Positions 54,373 to 64,000 of a stretch of 64,000 bases of DNA are shown one piece after another. The notes beneath the pieces were generated by a model. The model ran no database searches. It saw nothing but the letters and a program-made list of their open reading frames with translations, and was not told the DNA's origin. Position numbers and translations under genes: made by a program. This DNA comes from Lingula anatina (Eukaryota > Animalia > Brachiopoda): positions 14,384,001 to 14,448,000 of the forward strand of contig CM120642.1 in NCBI GenBank assembly GCA_051362555.1, in the 5' to 3' direction. The stretch's first letter is position 1, and each line of letters begins with the position of its first letter.

Positions 54373-57038
54373 ATGGCGGACAGGCTGTCGAGTAGCAGTA
54401 GGTTGTTGTTGTTTCTTGCCGCTATGTTTGCGGCCCTAGTTTTAACAGACGGTATTTCATGGCCAGTTCCATACAAGTAAGTATTTAGACGTAGCGCTTA
54501 CGCATCTAAAGTAATATAAATAGTAAGAGCCTGAGTCTGACTGACACTATTAGTCTAATAAGGATACCTAATCCCGTAGCCGGCGTTGGGAGGAGTGTGT
54601 GTTTGTGGGGGGAGAGAGGGGTAGTATATATACGTTAACACTTCTGTTTACGGTATCTGATATTTACTATTTGTGCACATATCAAAAGACGGAAATATTA
54701 ATAAATTAACCATAGCAAAAGTATTTAATTGCCAGTTTTTGCCATTTTTCAGGAGATACAATGGACGCCCAAAGACTGACCCCTACTGTCAGGCACTCTT
54801 CCCATTCTGTCCCACTGGGCGTGGGAATGGTTCTATGCCAAAGATGCAGTCATCAGACATTATAGAAATATATGCTCTGAAAGCACCAGTGTTTGAGTTT
54901 AAATTTGGAGATCTACTTGGCAAATTTGTAAGTTTTTTGTGCCATTATTTTAGTACTAACTTCCATTCCAAAATCAGTGGTTGACATTTGAAATGTTAAA
55001 TACTTTAATAACCATTGCAACATTTTATGAAAGTAATTAACACATTACACTGAAGAAAAAAAAAAGAATATGTTCCTTATGGATTTTTCAGATCTTTTCT
55101 AATTCATTATTATTTAAAAAAAAAACATTTCAAACTTGATGAGTTCAGAGTTAGTGCCTTAGACCCCATTCCCAGAGATGGGATCGATCCAACTAGATCG
55201 ACCTAACTCCCTGGGGGTTCATGCTAAATAGGTGTCAGCCACGCAGGCACAATAGTTAATTACCCCCTTATAGCTTGTAGTAGGCGGGACGGACATTTAA
55301 GCCAGATTATCTGAAAGTAATCTAGTGAGACTCCCCACAGGGATAGATCGATCTAAAATCTATGGGAATGCGCCCTTTGAGTCAGGCATTTATACTGGCA
55401 CTGTGCCACATATTTTTCTCACCAGATCTTTTGAAAAAAATAAGAAACAAAATTTTCCTCTTTGTAGAACATAATCCACGATGCCCTTGGGTTCAAGAAT
55501 ACCAGGACTGGCCTGAACTATACCATGGAATGGTATGAGCTGTTTGAGCTGTTTAACTGCACCTTTCCTCATGTCTTTCAAAATGATACCATGCTGTGGT
55601 GTAACCAGGGTGCAGCATGTATTTATAATGGAATTGATGACATCCACTGGTCTCAGAATGGAACTCTGGTGAAAATTGGAGAAATGACAGGTACGTTTAG
55701 GATCAGATGGACTGTATCAAGGGTTTTAACAAAGTAATGTTAACTGGGAAGATATAGAATGAAAAACGATAATAAGCCAAATAAATAAGGTCAATTATTT
55801 TTTAAAAATCCTAATTGATATAATATTCAGGGTTGAGACTGCCATTTAGTGAAAAAGTGGGAAAATATGGCATTGTGGGTTCAGGGGGCTGCCTGGTTCC
55901 TTTCTTTTTTTTTTTTTTTTTGCTCCTAAAATGTCAGAAATCTTGATAGCTGGAAAAATCTCATCCATGAGTAATGCTTCATTCTGTCTGAAAGTAGAAC
56001 ACCATTATTTCAGTCATTATTTTAACAACTCACGTAATTCATTTCACAATTTTATATTTCAAAGGTGACCAGTTTTCTCATTTTTCGACATGGGCACTGG
56101 GGGACAATACATCATCCATCTACTATGAAACATGGACTGTTGAACAAGAGCCAGGTATGACATTTAAATTAATATTTAAGAAAAAAATTGGATTTGGAAA
56201 TCATAAATAATGATAAAATTCCAAATTGTGCAGCAAGCACGTTTAATTAGTCACCACCAGTATGTAGCCAGTTTTCATTGTAATATACTTATAATCTCTT
56301 ATCTCTGGTTTAAGATAATCAGTGTGAATAGATAGCAAAACAACAGTCAATTTACTATTATTGAATAAATAGGACCATGAATATAGCATTGTCATTTTAT
56401 TAATTATTGCAAAATCAGACTATCTTGAAAATCTTTGGCATGAGAAACAAACAGAAAAATTAACATTTTTTATCTTTCCTTTTGCCATTTACTTTTTTTA
56501 TCATTTAGGGTATAAACCAGGTACGTATAGAGAGAGATAGCACTTAACCTTCATATCAGAATGAATATGATAATGATAAATACACAGTGCACCCATCAAT
56601 CAAATTAAAATGATCCCCTTTATTTCAGGTGGCAAGATGTGGTTTGAGCCCCATGACTGTGCCACCTGGGTCAAAGATGCCATAGTGGTCCTGGGCAAAG
56701 TGGGGGCAAAGTTCAACACCAGCATTCATCTCAACTACACCAAGATCCACCTGTACAGTGATGAACCACAGTACCTGGGAAACTATTCCTCTATCTTCGG
56801 ACCCAATGGAAACCAGACTTTAGCCAAGGACATGCTGGCTTTTTTCAAAGATTTCCAGGCTCATCAGTCATTCTTTCACCTTCTACAGAGCATGTTTGAC
56901 GCCTTTGACAGAGTTTTTGAGAAGAGGCAGTTTTATTTGTTTTACAATTTTGAGTACTGGCTCTTAAAAATGAAGGCTCCATTTTTTAAACTGGATTATA
57001 CATATGTGCCTCTTCCTGGTCAAAAGAAATTCCCTTGA
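54373..57038 (+). CDS. CLN5: CLN5 lysosomal protein (bis(monoacylglycero)phosphate synthase), 333 aa; exons 54373-54476, 54753-54927, 55468-55690, 56065-56154, 56629-57038
   Basis: Five GT-AG exons join in frame (104+175+223+90+410=1002 nt). Signal-peptide-like N-terminus, then CLN5 motifs [82 protein letters not shown], recognised from recall of human CLN5. The His, Glu and Cys catalytic residues appear present. Confidence 0.96.
55162..55375. mobile_element. 214-bp MITE in CLN5 intron 2, PIF/Harbinger (Tourist)-like
   Basis: Left end GACCCCATTCCCAGAGATGGGATCGATC versus reverse complement of right end GGGCGCATTCCCATAGATTTTAGATCGATC. Flanks are TTA (left) and TTT (right), compatible with a decayed TTA target duplication. 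The superfamily assignment is inference. Confidence 0.6.
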
Positions 57039-58142
57039 GTGTCGAAAATGTATGTGCTTGTCCTACAAAGGGGTATTTGTTAATAGTAAAATGCAATGTT
57101 AAACAGCTCTTGAAAGACAGCCCCAGATTGTAAGGGTAAATCGATCTCAGTTGTGATATGCAACAAACAGTTCAGGTATTTCATACAGACCGAGTGAGTG
57201 CAATGTTCAGGATTTCATTCAACATAGTTTTAAGCTACATACACATTGATAGCATACTTCATAATTCACACCTGTATAATTACCTCATTTAATCATACTT
57301 TAAATCGGCATTGCTTATTTTTTCACATGTACATATTTTGTTAAATTTCAAAGATGATTAAAATATTGACTCAAATCAAAAATGTTTTATACATAAAAAG
57401 ATATTTACTCTAAACAAAAAACGTCATAAAAATATAATACCACATAAAAGTTAGAATGCTATTATACATACAACGGTCTTATAATGACTATTTTAACATT
57501 TGGAGCTATGCTATATACATGCATCTCTGGCTGTTGGAATGTCAAAATATCATATGTCAGTTTTTTCCACAGAAATTAGCGTAAAAAGATATAGATCCAA
57601 AGACTAATCAAAGTCCTAATATGTCCGTGTTGTATTGAGATGGGGGACTTGTATAAGACAATTGTGATAACGTCAATCACAGTGCAACTTTGGGAACAAA
57701 TTATCTGGATATTGTGCCCCTGCACTCCTTTGCTTGTCTGCACAATTTGATATTTTTTTATAAATATCTATCTGTCCATTCAACTGGTAATCTTGTCATG
57801 GAGCAAAGGTTTGAAAACACTAATAATTTCAGATTACAGTTGAAGTTCTTGATGTAAGTAAATGCACAAAAAATTCAAATGCCAAAGGGAAAAGTGCAAG
57901 CTTCCAAAGGATGAGCAAAGTCTCCATTCATCAACCTGATGAGAAGATTTTTGAGTGCACCTGTCTGAGTATACCTCACTTTGACATATTACATTATGTT
58001 CAAATAATTTGTTGCTGGGCTCTGTGTAACAACTTTATAATAGATTTAATACCACAGAGACCTCTAGATACACCCTCTGTTCAACACAACTGTTACTATC
58101 TGAATCCATCGGTCAATTGTCTATAAATAGTGGCAGCATTGT

Positions 58143-60771
<2,629 letters not shown>

Positions 60772-60891
60772 GTTCGGGTTTTTGTTGTGCTTCGAAACAA
60801 ACCAACCGCTGGAAGTGCCCGGATTTTTAGCTCTGCAGTAAACGTAATTGGGGAAATATGATTGGTCTAAATTACATCGTGTGATCCAGAA
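60772..60891. promoter_or_regulatory. Putative bidirectional promoter between centrin and NSDHL
   Basis: Only 120 bp separate the two inferred divergent ATGs. The interval contains ETS-type GGAAGT (60811-60816) and two inverted CCAAT boxes ATTGG (60847-60851, 60861-60865). Confidence 0.65.
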
Positions 60892-61869
60892 ATGGCAACT
60901 CGTACGAGATCGGTAGGCAAACATTTGAAAGTTTTCTGTAATATCATGTCTAATACGAAGACTTATACATTCAAAATATAAAGATGAGTGTATCTTATCA
61001 ACATACTGTAATTTAAGAAATGATGATACTCGTAAAGACGTGTATTCTTAAGAAATCCCACATGTTTTCACGTCGGCTGCTACTGTCAGATCCTGTCACA
61101 TACAAATAAGTTGCATTGTAGCCGTACGATCACCGGCAATGCCAAACACCGGTTTGCTTTAACTTACAGTATCACGATAGAATATATAAATATATATTCC
61201 TGACACGATAGAAGGTCAAGGTTGTATTCCAAACCAAAGCAATCAAAATTTCAATATTTGTCTTAACTTCCATATAAAACATTCCCCAGATTGTACAGTA
61301 TCCCCCACCCCCATAAGTATGATTTTCATTCCAATGTCTTTTCTAAACCGAGTATTTTGGCATATTTTAGCATTGTGTCTGCTATTCAATTGAATTGGTT
61401 TGGCAATTCCATGACGTAATTTTTCATTGTTTTTTACAAGAAACTGCTTGGTCATTCAAATATTATTAAAATTGAGGCTATATTTGCAGTGATAAAAATT
61501 TGCAGTACCAGTAATCTCTTTAGTCAAAGAACTTGGAAAGTTCAATGAAAAATAAAAGGGAAAGAATGTTAGCCAATTTTCAAACTAATTTATTTGAGTG
61601 AAGTTGATTATATTTTAAAGTCACCACACAACTTCTTTTGCTAAACAATAAAAATAAGAAAGAGTAATGGGAGAGCTAGTTTCGGAGGAAAAGTCCAATA
61701 AACAGGATCCAGTAGGAACCTGCATCGGAAATCAACGCTAAGTAACACTAATTAAGTAAGAGAGAGAAACTCAGAAAGAGAGGGGGGGATACTGCAAAAG
61801 TACCGTTTAGTCTTTGCCTATAGACTGAGCAAATGTCGTAATTCATGCATAGGGACCATGATGGAATTG

Positions 61870-61922
<53 letters not shown>

Positions 61923-63611
61923 AACAAACATTTTGATTTCCCACAGAAGAAGACATGCACTGTGATAGGAGGCTGTGGTTTTCTGGGCAGACACATTGCT
62001 GAGCAGCTGCTTCAGAGAGGATATGCTGTCAATGTGTTTGATATAAGAACAACATTTACTGATGACAGGATACAGTTCTTTGAGGGAAATCTCTGTCAAA
62101 CAGAGGTACTTCTAGAATAGTATGAAATTTTTCTATTAACATGTGAAGTTTTATCTGATTTTAAGAAAAAAAAAACACCAACTGAACTGAACATTCTTTA
62201 AAAGTCTTTGTTGTTTAGTAAATGAAGAATGTTTTAAAGTTAAAAGAACAATGAAGTTTAATTTTTGGTAAGCATTTAAGTGGTAAAACTATTACCGGAA
62301 TTGGAAAAAACTCGGTTACTCTGAGGAAAAGGATACAAGAGTGATAAAGTACATGCATGCATGTTTTTGATATATGAAATATCAAATGATATATTTTGGA
62401 GGTATATAGCTGGAATGATTTTGCTTAGTAATAATACAATTTTAATTGTATTTTAATTAAAATTACAATGGGTTATTATTCCAGTGTTTGCTGCCAGCTC
62501 TTGAAGGCGTTTTTGCTGTGTTCCACTGTGCCTCACCCCCATATTCTGCTGATGACAGAGAACTGTTTTACAGGGTCAATGTAGATGGCACAAAGATACT
62601 GATTGCTGCATGCAAACAGGCTGGAGTAAAGGTATGTGGAATCAAATTTCTGTTGAATTTTTAAAAGTACTGCCCTTTTCTGGGATTCAGCACGAAAAAG
62701 AAATATTGTTGGCTACCATAAGTATGTTTATGGCTTTTGAATAAGAATAATGAAAACAATGATTTTTGAAGAACATTTTGTTGGAAATTTTATCAGCTCA
62801 CAATTAAAAAAATTGAGAGATTAAAGCAATAATAACTCTTCCTTTGAGATTCAAAATTCCGCAAGAAATACATAGTAAACAACGCCTGGAAATATATTCT
62901 ATTGCATTTTCCCACTAAAACGACTGTTATTGTAGTAAAACTAAAATCTGTGCTTGTCACTTGGGCTTTCGATCCCTTTTTTCGCGGTCGACAAGTGCAT
63001 CCGTTGCCAATGACGTTTAGGTGTCACGCGGATTCTCGCGTCCATTCGAGACCAAAATAACATGGCGGGAAACCCTCAGACGTAAGTTGCGAGTTTTTGT
63101 AGTGCGTCGGATAACGAAAAGCCCAGAATTGCACACATTGTAGATATAAATGCATTTTGAGCAAAAAGACGAACATATCTTATGAATCTTATAATATTGT
63201 TATATAGTGTTGTTGTTGTCTGCTTATCCCGCGGTTTTAAGTAGGTCACCAGAAACTATCGCTCGATACGAGAGGGCTCCGTCAGTTAAAATCTCTTAAG
63301 TGATTTTAACAAAAAACCGTACGTTTAGGAAAAAAACCCTGGATTAACTTTGAATGCAGGAATGGGGTCGTTGACCATTGGTAAGTACGGGAAAATTGCC
63401 CTTTTTTCCAGGAAAATTGTATTTTTGGCCAAAACGAAGAGTTATTATGACTTTAATGAAAGTAGTAACCTACTAATTACAGAGGTTGGTTTTGACAAGC
63501 AGTGCCAGTGTAGTTTATGAAGGCAAGGACATCAAAAATGGAACTGAAGAGCTGCCTTACGCTGCCAAACCTATTGACTACTACACAGAAACTAAGATAT
63601 TGCAGGAGAAG
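60892..63611 (+). CDS. NSDHL: Sterol-4-alpha-carboxylate 3-dehydrogenase (NSDHL), 5' part; exons 60892-60912, 61947-62105, 62485-62631, 63483-63611; gene continues beyond the window
   Basis: Phase-0 GT-AG exons give [152 protein letters not shown]. Rossmann GGxGFLG, TSS and catalytic YxxxK (YTETK) motifs are present and closely follow human NSDHL as recalled. The 21-nt first exon is less certain. Confidence 0.94.
61871..61921. repeat. (AAT)n microsatellite turning into (TAT)n just upstream of NSDHL exon 2
   Basis: About 13 ATA units followed by TATTATTATT, seen directly. Confidence 0.9.
62825..63452. mobile_element. 628-bp non-autonomous DNA transposon with TTAA target duplication (Kolobok-like) in NSDHL intron 3
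   Basis: TTAA (62821-62824) + AGCAATAATAACTCTTC ... GAAGAGTTATTATGACT + TTAA (63453-63456). Terminal inverted repeats match 15/17 and the interior is richer in CpG than the flanking intron. AG...CT termini with TTAA fit Kolobok better than piggyBac (CC...GG); this assignment is inference. Confidence 0.8.
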
Positions 63612-64000
63612 GTGAGTGAATGTGTTTGTTGTGGTGAAAAAAAATTGTTACCATCAGGTTGTGCTGGGTGAATGTGTTAGTTGTTCCAAATGCAGTCACT
63701 GTGGTTTGGAAATGCTCTGTAAATAACATTATTGCAGTAACTGATAAGCCTGGCTTTTGCCAATATCCTTACCTGTTGTCAAGTTTTACACATGCTAAAG
63801 TAAATAAATATTTTACAATCTTTTGAGAAAGAGATCAAGAAGTGAGTTGTGTTTTCTTAACATTTGCCTTTTAAAGTTTTTCTCTGGTCAAAGTCACTTT
63901 AACATAATATATCACTGTTAGTACCATAATTGCTAATGACATTTGACATTCATCCTTCCTCCTCAAATATTTTAAAAATACATCTTTATTGTTTTCAAAT

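Overview
AT-rich animal (probably invertebrate) genomic DNA in two parts. Bases 1-52551 are the right end of a tandem array of about 370 copies of a ~142-bp monomer that continues off the left edge. The monomer is built like a complete spliceosomal exon-intron unit: CTAAT branch site, pyrimidine tract, YAG acceptor, 62-nt exon-like segment (frame 0 reads D[KE]EDD/EE/VRP[QYH]PDMDFTLGSKL), AAG|GTAAGT or AAG|GTTAGT donor, and an ~80-nt intron with G-runs. Monomers fall into about four variant types arranged in shifting higher-order repeats and diverge towards the array edge. The last copy has an in-frame TAG, no donor and a downstream AATAAA, like a terminal exon. Because 62 is not a multiple of 3, simple serial splicing cannot encode a long protein, so function is unresolved. 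After a short ~165-bp repeat cluster (53040-54120) lies a compact gene region: CLN5 (+, 5 exons, with two MITF/TFEB-type E-boxes upstream), centrin (-, 5 coding exons), and the first four exons of NSDHL (+), head-to-head with centrin only 120 bp apart as for human CETN2/NSDHL. Three small inverted-repeat elements sit in introns. All calls come from reading the sequence by eye; no searches were run.
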